NCBI GenBank assembly: GCA_036381195.1
Contig: DASVDH010000062.1
Location: 5,622 to 69,621, forward strand
Reading direction: 5' to 3'
DNA length: 64,000 bases
Source: Longimicrobiales bacterium
GTDB taxonomy: Bacteria; Gemmatimonadota; Gemmatimonadetes; Longimicrobiales; RSA9
In this document: positions 27,227 to 36,538 of the stretch, piece after piece
Position numbering within the stretch: position 1 is the first letter of the stretch
Layout of the letters: each line of letters starts with the position of its first letter
Notes under the pieces: model-generated
Seen by the model: the letters and a program-made list of their open reading frames with translations, nothing else
Database searches by the model: none
What the model was told of the DNA's origin: nothing
Made by a program: the position numbers and the translations under genes

Positions 27227-30200
27227 TCACCGCTCCCACGGGAAGCGGCCGCGCTCCTTCCCGCCCACCTCGTTCATGGTCAGCCCGTCGTACAGCCGCC
27301 CGTTCACCATCACGTAGCGGATCGAGGTCGAGTTGCGGATGTTCTCGAGCGGGTTCTTCTCGAGCACGACGAGGTCCGCGAGCTTGCCGGGCTCGATCGA
27401 GCCCAGGTCGCGGTCCAGGCCGAGGTACTCCGCGCCGTGCAGCGTGGCGGCGCGCAGCGCTTCGTGCGGCGTCATCCCGCCCTGCACGAGCATCCACAGC
27501 TCCCAGTGGGCGCCCAGCCCATCGAGCTGGCCGTGCGCGCCGAGCTGGACGTGCCCGCCCGCGTCAAGGAGCGCCTTCGCCGCGCGCGAGACCTCCTGGT
27601 AGAAGTAGTCGTCCTCGGCCGCCATGACCCGCCGCCGCGAGCGCGCCACCACTTCGTCCTTCGGCACGAAGCGCAGCAGCCGCTCGTTCTCCCACACGTT
27701 CGAGTGCTGGTACCAGTAGTACTCGCCCGAGAGGCCGCCGAAGCTCACGATCAGCGTCGGCGTGTACCCCGTGCCGGAGGCGGCCATGAGCTGGAGCACG
27801 TCACGGTACAGCGGCGCGACCGGGATGTTGTGCTCGATCCCCGTGTGGCCGTCCAGCACGTGCGTCATGTTCCAGTAGAAGGTCGAGCTGCCCTCCGGCA
27901 CGACCATCATCTTCAGCTCGCGCGCCGCCTCGATGATCTGCTGGCGCTGGTCACGCCGCGGCTGGATGTAGCTCTTCACCGTGAACGCGCCGACGGCATG
28001 CATGCGGCGCAGGTGCGAGAGCGCGTCCTCGTAGTCCTCGATCACGGCGCGCGATGCGGTCTCACCGCCGTACAGCACCGTGCCGGTCGAGAACAGCCGC
28101 GGCGCGACGAGCTCGCCCGCACGGATCAGCTCCGCGTTCGAGAACACCATCTCGGTGTTCGAGGACGGGTCGTGCAGCGTCGTCACGCCGAACGCGAGGT
28201 TCGCGTAGTAGACCCAGTGCGTCTGCGGCGTGATCCCGTTGCTGCCCGTCCCGACGTGCGCGTGCACATCGATGATGCCGGGGATGATCGTGTAGCCGGC
28301 GACGTCAATGCGCCGCGCGCCCGCCGGCACCTCCACCTGCGCGGCCGGGCCGACCGCCGTGATGCGGTTGCGCTCGACGACGATCGTCGCATCACGCAGC
28401 ACCACGTCGCCACGCATGGTGACGACCGTCGCGCCGACCAGCGCGATCGTGCCGTCCGGCCTGTCCGTGGCCGCCTTGAAGCCGATGAACCGCCCAGCCG
28501 TGTCCGCCTGCGCCGGAGCCTCAGGCGGCTCCACCGGCTCGGCCGCCTTCTCATCCTCCCCCGACCCGGCCCCGGCCCTCCCAGCCGTGGTCGCTGGACC
28601 TGCCTCACGCAGGAACGCAAACGCCTCCTCGAGCCTTCGCTCATAGAGATACGGTCCGAGCGACCAGTACACGCGGTCGCTCGCCGGCGACCAGTGCAGG
28701 TACATGCCCGCGTCGCGCGTGAGCCGCGTGACCGGGTACTCGTTGGCGCCGGGGCCGATCGTGACCGGCTGCCCCGTGTGCGGCAGCGGCGCGAGGTGCG
28801 CGCGGTACCGCTCGACCCACGCGACGTAGCGCTCGTCGGGCGAGGGCACGATCTCCGTCGCGTAGCGGGAGAGCAGGTGCACGCGCCGGTCGGCGCCGTG
28901 CGCCGTCACGCTGATCAGCGCGACCTGCCCCTGCTCGCGCGACGTCAGGAAGATGCGGTCGCCCGTGCGGTTGAACCGCGGGTTCGAGCCCTCGGCGGTG
29001 ACGAACACCGGCGCGCCGCCCGCCGCGGGCACGCGGTAGATCCCGGTCTCGTGCGAGTAGAGCCGGCCGCGTAGCGCGTCGCCGCCGATGCGCCGGTAGA
29101 CGACCTGCTGGCCATCCCGGGAGAACGATGGCTCGACGTAGTGCCCGGGCCGGGTCGTGAGTGTGCGGCCGCCGCGGCCGTCCGCGCGCACGACGCGCAC
29201 CGCGCCCAGCGCGTCGTCGTTCCACGTCACGTAGACGATGGAGCGGCCGTCCGGCGACCACGAGGGGTACAGCTCCCAGTTGCTCTCGTCGTCCGTCAGC
29301 CGCCGCGGCCGGCCGCCGGGCAGCGGCCGGATCCACAGCTTGCCCAGCGCCGTGTAGACGACGCTCTTCCCGTCCGGCGCGACGCTCACCCAGCGCAGCA
29401 TGCGCACGTCGAAGCTGTCCGGCGCGACCTCCTGCGGGAAGCGCAGCGCTTCCGTGATGGTCTGGTGGACGCGCGCCCGGAACGGGATCATTTCCGCCTC
29501 GCCCGAGTCCACGGCGACCTTCCAGATCCTGCCCTGCGCCCAGATCACGATGTAGCGGCTGTCCGGCGTCCAGGAGTAGTGCGGGTAGACGCCGAAGATC
29601 GCCCACGCCTCCTGCTGGTCGTGGTCCAGCCGGTCGAACAGCGGGCGCTCGCGCCCACTCTCGATGTCCTGGAGGAACAGCACGCTCTTCGGCCCGACGC
29701 GCCGCACGAACGCCAGCGTGCGGCCGTCCGGCGAGACCTCGGGCCGCACCGCGCCGCCCGTCCCGCGGATCCACGTCTCCGTGCGTCCGGTCTCCCGGTC
29801 CAGCCGCTGGATCGCGTAGATCCCCGCGTGCGGGTCGCGGTTGTACTGGAAGCCGCCGCCCGGCGAAATGTCCTCGCTGTAGTACAGGTAGCGGCCGTCT
29901 GGCGAGAGCGACGGCTCGCCCGCGTTCTGCTCCCAGTTGCGCCGCTTGGTGAGCTGGAGCCCGCTGCCGCCGCCGATGTGGTACAGCCACATCTCGCCCG
30001 CGCCCAGCGAGCGCGTGTTGCGGTAATGCTTGCGGCCGATCAGGTACATGCCGTCCGGCGTCCAGATCGGGCTGTTCACCTGCCGCTCCCGCTCCTTCGT
30101 GATCTGGCGCGGGCTCGAGCCGTCCGCGTCCATGATCCACAGGTTGTCCAGCCCGTCGCGGTCGCTCGTGAACGCGATGTGGCGCCCGTCCGGGCTGAAG

Positions 30201-30499
30201 CGCGGCTGCACGTCGTACGCGGGGCCGCTCGTGAGCTGCGTCGCCTCGCCGCCCTCGATCGGCATGACGTAGATGTCTCCGAGCAGGTCGAACGCGATGC
30301 GGCGCCCGTCCGGGCTCACGCTGACCGACATCCACGTGCCCTCGTCGGTCACGAAGTCGACCTCGCGCACGGGTGCGTGTCGTGCGCTCACGTCCCACTT
30401 CGCGGCCTTGCCCTCCGTCGCAGCCTGCTGCTGTCGTGCGGCCGCACTGCCGGCCACGCCGAGAGTCAGCAGCGTGGCCAGGACGACCATTCGGTTCAT
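27227..30499 (-). CDS. Secreted amidohydrolase with N-terminal TolB/PD40 beta-propellers
   Basis: Repeated PxFSPDGR motifs, then PGIIDVHAH, GVTTLHDP, HTGIEH, GAHGQ and GSIEPGKLADLVVL. Confidence 0.92.
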   Translation of the reverse strand: MNRMVVLATLLTLGVAGSAAARQQQAATEGKAAKWDVSARHAPVREVDFVTDEGTWMSVSVSPDGRRIAFDLLGDIYVMPIEGGEATQLTSGPAYDVQPRFSPDGRHIAFTSDRDGLDNLWIMDADGSSPRQITKERERQVNSPIWTPDGMYLIGRKHYRNTRSLGAGEMWLYHIGGGSGLQLTKRRNWEQNAGEPSLSPDGRYLYYSEDISPGGGFQYNRDPHAGIYAIQRLDRETGRTETWIRGTGGAVRPEVSPDGRTLAFVRRVGPKSVLFLQDIESGRERPLFDRLDHDQQEAWAIFGVYPHYSWTPDSRYIVIWAQGRIWKVAVDSGEAEMIPFRARVHQTITEALRFPQEVAPDSFDVRMLRWVSVAPDGKSVVYTALGKLWIRPLPGGRPRRLTDDESNWELYPSWSPDGRSIVYVTWNDDALGAVRVVRADGRGGRTLTTRPGHYVEPSFSRDGQQVVYRRIGGDALRGRLYSHETGIYRVPAAGGAPVFVTAEGSNPRFNRTGDRIFLTSREQGQVALISVTAHGADRRVHLLSRYATEIVPSPDERYVAWVERYRAHLAPLPHTGQPVTIGPGANEYPVTRLTRDAGMYLHWSPASDRVYWSLGPYLYERRLEEAFAFLREAGPATTAGRAGAGSGEDEKAAEPVEPPEAPAQADTAGRFIGFKAATDRPDGTIALVGATVVTMRGDVVLRDATIVVERNRITAVGPAAQVEVPAGARRIDVAGYTIIPGIIDVHAHVGTGSNGITPQTHWVYYANLAFGVTTLHDPSSNTEMVFSNAELIRAGELVAPRLFSTGTVLYGGETASRAVIEDYEDALSHLRRMHAVGAFTVKSYIQPRRDQRQQIIEAARELKMMVVPEGSSTFYWNMTHVLDGHTGIEHNIPVAPLYRDVLQLMAASGTGYTPTLIVSFGGLSGEYYWYQHSNVWENERLLRFVPKDEVVARSRRRVMAAEDDYFYQEVSRAAKALLDAGGHVQLGAHGQLDGLGAHWELWMLVQGGMTPHEALRAATLHGAEYLGLDRDLGSIEPGKLADLVVLEKNPLENIRNSTSIRYVMVNGRLYDGLTMNEVGGKERGRFPWER

Positions 30500-30700
30500 G
30501 GCACTCGGACTCGTCTGGGGGGCGATTGCGCCGGGCGCTGCGCGCCCGTGCGCCTGGGGGTTGCCGCGGCAAGATAGGCCGCCGCGCCGCGGCTGGCCAG
30601 CGCGTGGCGCCGCGCCTCAGCGGCCGGCGCGCGCCTCTGCGGCCGCTGAGGGCGGTGGTCCGCTACCGCCGACGCAGCGCCTTCGCGCGGCGCGGCGGGT

Positions 30701-31468
30701 TCAGCCGATCCAGTGTACGCGGGGATCCAGCGGGATGGTGGGCGGCGCGCTCTCCGGCTCGGCCGCATCCGCATCGGGCGCGGTCCCGTCCGGCTGCGAT
30801 GGCGGGCCGTGCGGCGTGCCGATGATCTCCGGCAGCGCGCTGTCCTCTTCGGCCTCGTCGCCGCCCGGCGGGGCTGTCGCGTCCACCGGCGCGGCGGAAG
30901 GATCCTGCGGGGCGGGGCCGGACGCGCCGCCGCCGGCGGGCGCAGCCGGGTTGCCAGGCGCCGTGCCGGCGGCCTCGGGCCGCGGCGGCCCGGCGGGGGC
31001 GAGGGAGCCCTCGAGCGCCCAGGAGACGTCCGTCAGCATGGCCGGCGGGGCGGGCTCGGGAGCGCCGGCTGCATTTTCGGGCGTCCCGCCGATGACCTCT
31101 CCGGCGGCCCACGGCGTCTGCGCGGGCGCCCCCTCCGGCATCCCGCCCGTCCCGCCGTTGTCCGCCGGCACCGCTCCCGGCGCCGTGCCGGCCGCCCCGT
31201 TGCCCGCGCCGGCCTCCGGCATGACGAGCACGTTGGACGCGGCGGCGTAGAACGGCGGCGCGTCCTTCTCCAGCAGCCGGAGCTCGAGCAGGCGGCTGCC
31301 GTCGCCGGTCTTTCCCAGGATGCGGACGACCTCCGCCATCCCTTCCGTACAGTAGACCGCTTGCCCGGGACGGGGCGGCTGCTCTGCTCCCGTCTTCCAC
31401 CCCGGACGAGCCGAACGGTCCACGCGCAGGAGTCGGGGTGCCGGCGCGTCTGACCTCTTGCCGAGCAT
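30701..31468 (-). CDS. Hypothetical protein: small beta-rich domain plus long Pro/Ala/acidic low-complexity tail
   Basis: RBS GAAGGAG. Ordered segment PGQAVYCTEGMAEVVRILGKTGDGSRLLELRL...FYAAASNVLV, followed by a disordered tail. Confidence 0.6.
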   Translation of the reverse strand: MLGKRSDAPAPRLLRVDRSARPGWKTGAEQPPRPGQAVYCTEGMAEVVRILGKTGDGSRLLELRLLEKDAPPFYAAASNVLVMPEAGAGNGAAGTAPGAVPADNGGTGGMPEGAPAQTPWAAGEVIGGTPENAAGAPEPAPPAMLTDVSWALEGSLAPAGPPRPEAAGTAPGNPAAPAGGGASGPAPQDPSAAPVDATAPPGGDEAEEDSALPEIIGTPHGPPSQPDGTAPDADAAEPESAPPTIPLDPRVHWIG

Positions 31469-31638
31469 CGCTCGCTCCTTCCGTTTCGGGCGGCGACATC
31501 ACCGCGCTTCGGATTGCGCAACTGAGCCGCGGCCATGGAGGAAGCCCGGAATCCCGGGCCGCGGCCGCGTATCGAGACCGCGTAAATGTAATCAGATCAG
31601 GGCCGGCACGGCAGCCCGGGATCCGGAACGCGACGACC

Positions 31639-32664
31639 TCAGCGGTCCGGGCCCGCAGCGACCTTCGGCGCGCCTTCCTCGGCCTCCGGCTTCAGGGCCT
31701 CCGCATCCGCCACCCCGGCCGCGCCGGCCAGCCCCATGATGCCCGGCAGGTTGAGCGAGTCCGCGAGGCCGGACGGCACGACCATCAGCGAACCCCGCTT
31801 CACGATGCTCTCGTACAGCATGTTCATCGCGCGGAGGTTGAGCGCCACCGGGTTCTCGCTGTAGCGAGCCGCCGCGTCCACGAACTTGGACGCGATCTCC
31901 GTCTCGGCGGTGCCCAGGATGATGCGCGCCTGCCGCTCCCGCTCGGCCTGCGCCTGCCGCGACATTGCCTCCTCCAGCGCCTCCGGGATGACGACGTCCC
32001 GGATCTCGACCGACTGCACCTGGATCCCCCAGTCGTGCATCTTCCGGTCGAGTGCCTCCTGCAGGCCGCGGCCCAGCTCCTTGCGCGACTGGATCAACTC
32101 GGCCAGGTCGTGCTTGCCGATCGCGTCCCGCAGCGCGGTCTGCGCCGCGAGGATCACCGCCTGCTCGTAGTCCTGCACCTCGAGCGCCGCACGCTCCGCG
32201 TCGTAGACCACCCAGAAGGCGATGGCGTCCACGTCCACGGGCACCGTGTCCCGCGTGAGACAGGACTCGGCGCCGAACGCGGTCGTCCGGATGCGCTGGT
32301 CGATGTGGTAGCCCACGCGGTCCACGATCGGCAGCACCATGAACACGCCGGGGCCGCGCAGCCCACGGTAGCGGCCCAGCCGCAACACCACCGCCTTCTC
32401 CCACTGGTCCGCGTACTTGATGGACGAGCCGAGCAGCAGCCCCGCGACCGCAGAGGCGAGGCCTGCGAGGGGCAGCGCGAGGCCGGCGAGCGCGAGCCCG
32501 CCGAGCACCGCGCCTCCACCCAGCAGGCCGGCGGCCAGCGCCGGCAGCGGGTAGCGCGTGTCGTTCGGCGAGGCGCCGCCTCGCTGTGCAGGCAGCGTGG
32601 CCGCGGCGTGCACCGCGTCCCTGCGCTTGCTTGTGATGGGCGGCATCGTCGGCACGAAGGTCAT
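31639..32664 (-). CDS. SPFH/stomatin (slipin) family membrane protein
   Basis: Motifs WEKAVVLRLG, LTRDTVPVDVDA, AQTALRDAIG, VEIRDVVIP and QAQAERERQA. Confidence 0.92.
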   Translation of the reverse strand: MTFVPTMPPITSKRRDAVHAAATLPAQRGGASPNDTRYPLPALAAGLLGGGAVLGGLALAGLALPLAGLASAVAGLLLGSSIKYADQWEKAVVLRLGRYRGLRGPGVFMVLPIVDRVGYHIDQRIRTTAFGAESCLTRDTVPVDVDAIAFWVVYDAERAALEVQDYEQAVILAAQTALRDAIGKHDLAELIQSRKELGRGLQEALDRKMHDWGIQVQSVEIRDVVIPEALEEAMSRQAQAERERQARIILGTAETEIASKFVDAAARYSENPVALNLRAMNMLYESIVKRGSLMVVPSGLADSLNLPGIMGLAGAAGVADAEALKPEAEEGAPKVAAGPDR

Positions 32665-32689
32665 CGTCTCACCCCGTGTCCGTGTTCAC

Positions 32690-33103
32690 CTAACGATCGC
32701 GCGCAGACGCCTGCCTGCCGGTCGCGCGGTAGTCCGCCAGCGCGTCCAGCAGCTCGTCCACGCTGAAGCCCAGCTCCAGCGCCCGGGCCACCGTCTCGCG
32801 GCAGAGCGCCGCGAACTCGCGGTGCCGCTCCCGCGCCTCCGCCGGCGGCGGCTCCAGCCGCACGAAGGTGCCTTCGCCCGGCCGCGTCGCGACCACGCCG
32901 CGCCGCTCCAGCTCCGCGTACGCCCGCTCCACGCTGCGCGGGCTCACGCCCAGCGCGATCGCGAGCTGGCGCGTCGTCGGCAGCCGCTCGCCCGTCGGCA
33001 GGCTCCCCTCCACCACCGCCAGCCACACGTCCTCCACGATCACGTGGGCCGCCGGCTCGCCGCCGCTCTCCGCCAGGCGGGCAGCGAGCCGCCGTGTGAG
33101 CAT
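32690..33103 (-). CDS. GntR-family (YtrA-like, short) transcriptional regulator
   Basis: GERLPTTRQLAIALGVSPRSVERAYAELERRGVVATRPGEGTFV winged HTH with a short C-terminal helix pair. Confidence 0.9.
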   Translation of the reverse strand: MLTRRLAARLAESGGEPAAHVIVEDVWLAVVEGSLPTGERLPTTRQLAIALGVSPRSVERAYAELERRGVVATRPGEGTFVRLEPPPAEARERHREFAALCRETVARALELGFSVDELLDALADYRATGRQASARDR

Positions 33104-33221
33104 GTCCCGTGACGCGGCCACGTGACGCCCCCGTCCTCCGTACGCGTGAACCAACCGGCTGCGTTCGACAAGGTGGCCCCCGGATCACGGAAGGGCAAGG
33201 GCAGCCGCCGGATAGGCGAAC

Positions 33222-33271
33222 GCCCCGGGGCCGGGCGGCTCGTGTGCTGCCGAACCGCCCGGCCCCGGGGC
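33222..33271. terminator. Long GC hairpin downstream of the TPR gene
   Basis: Inverted repeat GCCCCGGGGCCGGGCGG ... CCGCCCGGCCCCGGGGC. Confidence 0.5.
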
Positions 33272-33294
33272 GGGCCGCCGGAGGCGTCCTCCGC

Positions 33295-34332
33295 TCAGCC
33301 CTCCTGCCCCGTCACGCCGGGCACCTCCTCTGACCCCACGCCCCGCGGCTCAGTCGCTTCCTGCCTCCAGCGCTCCACCTCCTCCGAGAACGCGCCGGCG
33401 AGGGCGATCAGGTCCAGTGGCGTCGGCGATGTCGTCGCCGCAGCCACCCTGGACTCGACACGCTCGAGACTGACGCGCGCCTTCTCGTAGCCGGGATCCG
33501 CATCCAGCGCGGCCCGGAACGCCTGCGCCGCCTCCGGGAGGTGCCCCGTCCGCTCCAGCGCGATGCCGAGGTTGTTCTGGAACCGCGCGACGTCCGGCCG
33601 CAGCTCCGTTGCGCGCGCCAGCGGCGGCAGCGCCTCCTCGTACCGGCCCTCACGGATCATCAGCAGCCCCAGGTTGTTCATCGTCCACGCATCCCGGTGG
33701 TCCAGCACGATCGCCCGCCGGTACGCCTCCACCGCCTCCTGCACCATGCCCAGATCCGAGCGCGCGTTGCCCAGCACCCGCCACGCGGGCCCGCTCTCCG
33801 GCTTCGAGTCAACCGCCGCCTCCGCGTACTCCAACGCGTCCGAGGCCCGGCCCTGCTCGAGCAGCACGCGCGCCAGGTTCACCAGCGCCTTCTCGTGCGT
33901 CGAGTCCACCTCGAGCGTGCGCCGCAGCGCCGCCTCCGCACCCGCGTGGTCACCCGCACGCCACAGCGAGATCCCCAGCATGTAATGCCCCCACGGGTTC
34001 TCCGGCCGCCGCGAAGCGTACGCCTCGAACAGCCGGGCGGCCTCCTCGTAGTCGCCGGTCCGGAAAACCGCCTCGGCATCGCCGTAGCTGACGTTCTCCG
34101 GGACCGGCGGCTCGCTCACCGGCTCGGCGCCCGGCTCCGGCGCAGCCGTGTCCACCCCGAGGACCTCCGGCCCCGCCGCCACCACGAGCGGCTCCTCCGT
34201 CTGCGGCTGCGACCCGCTCGCGAGCGCCCGGTCCTTGCGCTCCACCTCGCACGCGGCGAGCCCCGCCGCCACGAGCAGCGCGAAGATCACCAGCGCCCTC
34301 CTCGCGTTCACTGGCCCGTACGTTCTCGTCAT
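33295..34332 (-). CDS. Tetratricopeptide-repeat lipoprotein
   Basis: Lipobox LAAC and about six TPR units (e.g. AWRVLGNARSDLG, TMNNLGLLMI, FQNNLGIAL). ATG at 34332. Confidence 0.9.
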   Translation of the reverse strand: MTRTYGPVNARRALVIFALLVAAGLAACEVERKDRALASGSQPQTEEPLVVAAGPEVLGVDTAAPEPGAEPVSEPPVPENVSYGDAEAVFRTGDYEEAARLFEAYASRRPENPWGHYMLGISLWRAGDHAGAEAALRRTLEVDSTHEKALVNLARVLLEQGRASDALEYAEAAVDSKPESGPAWRVLGNARSDLGMVQEAVEAYRRAIVLDHRDAWTMNNLGLLMIREGRYEEALPPLARATELRPDVARFQNNLGIALERTGHLPEAAQAFRAALDADPGYEKARVSLERVESRVAAATTSPTPLDLIALAGAFSEEVERWRQEATEPRGVGSEEVPGVTGQEG

Positions 34333-34439
34333 GGCCCCTCCTCGCGTCGTGCGCCGTCCCCGGCGCGGTTGGTTGGGTTGCTCGGCGCGGCAGGAGAGCA
34401 AGCGCGCCGCCAGGGCGGGCGCCGGCATGCCTGCATCGG

Positions 34440-34467
34440 CGTAACGATCAGCGGCACAGCGAGTTAC
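34440..34467 (-). promoter_or_regulatory. Possible ECF-sigma promoter (GTAAC-N16-CGTT) upstream of the TPR gene
   Basis: The minus strand reads GTAACTCGCTGTGCCGCTGATCGTTACG, matching the ECF AAC/CGT consensus. Confidence 0.4.
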
Positions 34468-34587
34468 GACGTGCGCACGGAGGGTCGCCCCCCGCTCCCG
34501 GCCGCCGGATTCGTGTACGGACGGACACGCCCGCACGGCCCCGCCCGTGTGCACGCGGACACGCCGAGCGAGCAGTCAACGGCGCAG

Positions 34588-34630
34588 AAAAACAGGGGCC
34601 GGCTCCTCTCGTCTCGAGAGGAGCCGGCCC
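34588..34630 (-). terminator. Rho-independent terminator of the TBDR-PorV operon
   Basis: 16-bp stem GGGCCGGCTCCTCTCG/CGAGAGGAGCCGGCCC with an A5 run on the plus strand (U-tract on minus). A second hairpin lies at about 34654-34696. Confidence 0.75.
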
Positions 34631-34702
34631 TCGCTCCGCCATCGCGCGGGGATGGGTGCGGGTGCCGTGGCACGGGCCACGGCACCCGTCCCACCCGCGC
34701 CC

Positions 34703-36538
34703 TCAGCGGAAGAGCGCCTCGGGCAGCGGGCCGGAGAGCACGATGTGCGGCGCGATCCCCTGCGCCCCCACCTTGGGCTGGAGCGTGACGCGCAGGCTCT
34801 GGAACGCGGTCCAGGGTTGGCCGACGTCGGCCGCATCGATGTAGAAGCCCGCCTCGAGGATCTCGCCGGCCGTGACGACGTCGAAGGAGTCGTCCACGTC
34901 GGCGTCTCGCAGGGAGGCGAGGTCCGGGGGCGGAGTGGTGAGAGGCCCGAGCTCCAGCGCGGTGCCGTCCTCGGCGACCAGCCACAGCGCGTAGTAGTAG
35001 CCGACGGGCGGCCTGCGCAGGTTCTGGAACGCGATGCCCAGGCGGTCCGCCCAGAAGGAGCCCTTCGCCCCGCCGGTCGCCTGGAACAGCCGCGGGTTGC
35101 GGGGCGCGGCGAGATCGAGCGTGCCGAAGCCCACTGGCCCCTGGACCAGCGCATCATCCGCCGGGTCGGCCGTTCCACCGTCGTCGAGGTAGGGCACCCA
35201 GAGCGGGACCGCGCCCGTCGGCTCGCTCGTCCCGAGGGCGATCAGCACGTGCGTGTAGTCCCCGGTCGCCACGCCATCGAGCGTCTCGGAGTTGAGCACG
35301 AAGTGGTGCCGCTCGTCCGCCGCCCCCGCGTTGAACGTGGCCGTCCGGACGGTCGGCTGCGGATCGTCCTCGTAGATCGGGTTCCCCTCGTCGTCCACGC
35401 CCGTCTGCACGCGGAGGATCCGCGTGTAGTCGGCCGTCGCGGCGGCGAGATTGCCGGTGCGGGAGTCGAACAGCCAGAGACTGTACTCGGTGCCGGCCAG
35501 CGGCGCGAGCGACGTGGTGGTGAATTCGAGCGCACTCACCCGCGCCTCTACGCCCGGCACGTCGATCAGGTCGATCCGGTCCTCGAAGAGCGGGAACGGG
35601 GCGAACGCGTTGGGCAGCGGGTTGCCGGCGAGGTCCAGGTCCACGCCGAGCTGGATGCGCAGCACGGGCGGCCCGAGGTCCGGCGGCTCGCCCTGGTAGA
35701 CCACGACGTAGTTGTACTGGTACGCCGGCACCGGACCCGTGCCGAGCACGTTCGGCACCACGATGGACGAGTCGGGAACGGGCGGGCCGCTCTGGTTCTG
35801 GTACCATGCCCAGGGCGTGCCCATGCAGTAGTCGGCGGTGCCCACGCCCGAGCCGTCGGCGGCGAACGCGCCCAGGTACCACGGATTCGGCAGCGGGTCC
35901 GGGATCGGCTCGGCCTGGCACCCGGCGTTGTCCGTCCACGCGTAATCGTTCGCCGGGTACCCGCCCGCGGTGCCGCCCAGCGGGACCAGCTCGTCCGGCT
36001 CGGTCACCTCGCCGTACAGGATCATCTCGAGGTGGTCGACGAGGCCGTTCACCCTCGTGGCCAGCCGCTCGAGCGCGAAGGTGTAGACCGCGCCGGGCTC
36101 CAGCCCGGTCCACCGCATGTACAGGTCCCACATGTTCGCGCCCCAGTACTCGGGGCCCATGATCCGCGCGAACGCAGTGCTGACGGCGGACGGGTCGGGC
36201 AGCGGTGCGAGCGCGGGGAGCCGCGGGTCCTGTCCAGCGATCCGCGTGCCGGCGTGCACCTCGTACCGGCTGTTGGCGGAGTTGTAGTAGCCGTCCTTGC
36301 CCGCACGCTGGAACGCGTCGGGGTTGCCTTCCACGTCCGCGACCAGCTCGAAGCTCGTGATCGTGGACTCGCCGCCGGGGAACCCACCCGCGTCCTTGAG
36401 GTCGAGCAGGAAATCATCGGAGTCGCCGTCCAGCGACCTGTCTGGCCCCACGAACCGCTCCTGCTCGCAGGCCGTGAGCGTCGCGACGACGCCGACGATG
36501 GCGAGAAGTCTGAGGTCGAAGCGCATCACGGTTCTCAT
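34703..36538 (-). CDS. Acidic lipoprotein of unknown function with RskA-C-like repeats
   Basis: Lipobox LTAC. Repeats LAPLAGTEYSLWLFD and NLRRPPVGYYYALWLV...RVTLQP. ATGA-coupled to the upstream OMP. Confidence 0.75.
   Translation of the reverse strand: MRTVMRFDLRLLAIVGVVATLTACEQERFVGPDRSLDGDSDDFLLDLKDAGGFPGGESTITSFELVADVEGNPDAFQRAGKDGYYNSANSRYEVHAGTRIAGQDPRLPALAPLPDPSAVSTAFARIMGPEYWGANMWDLYMRWTGLEPGAVYTFALERLATRVNGLVDHLEMILYGEVTEPDELVPLGGTAGGYPANDYAWTDNAGCQAEPIPDPLPNPWYLGAFAADGSGVGTADYCMGTPWAWYQNQSGPPVPDSSIVVPNVLGTGPVPAYQYNYVVVYQGEPPDLGPPVLRIQLGVDLDLAGNPLPNAFAPFPLFEDRIDLIDVPGVEARVSALEFTTTSLAPLAGTEYSLWLFDSRTGNLAAATADYTRILRVQTGVDDEGNPIYEDDPQPTVRTATFNAGAADERHHFVLNSETLDGVATGDYTHVLIALGTSEPTGAVPLWVPYLDDGGTADPADDALVQGPVGFGTLDLAAPRNPRLFQATGGAKGSFWADRLGIAFQNLRRPPVGYYYALWLVAEDGTALELGPLTTPPPDLASLRDADVDDSFDVVTAGEILEAGFYIDAADVGQPWTAFQSLRVTLQPKVGAQGIAPHIVLSGPLPEALFR

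Noticed and set aside
28500..28650. Compositionally different stretch inside the amidohydrolase
   Set aside because: It is an in-frame low-complexity interdomain linker with no terminal repeats or splice features.
31510..31540. sigma54 promoter (TGGC...TTGC) upstream of the 31468 gene
   Set aside because: The GG-to-GC spacing is 13 rather than the required 10.
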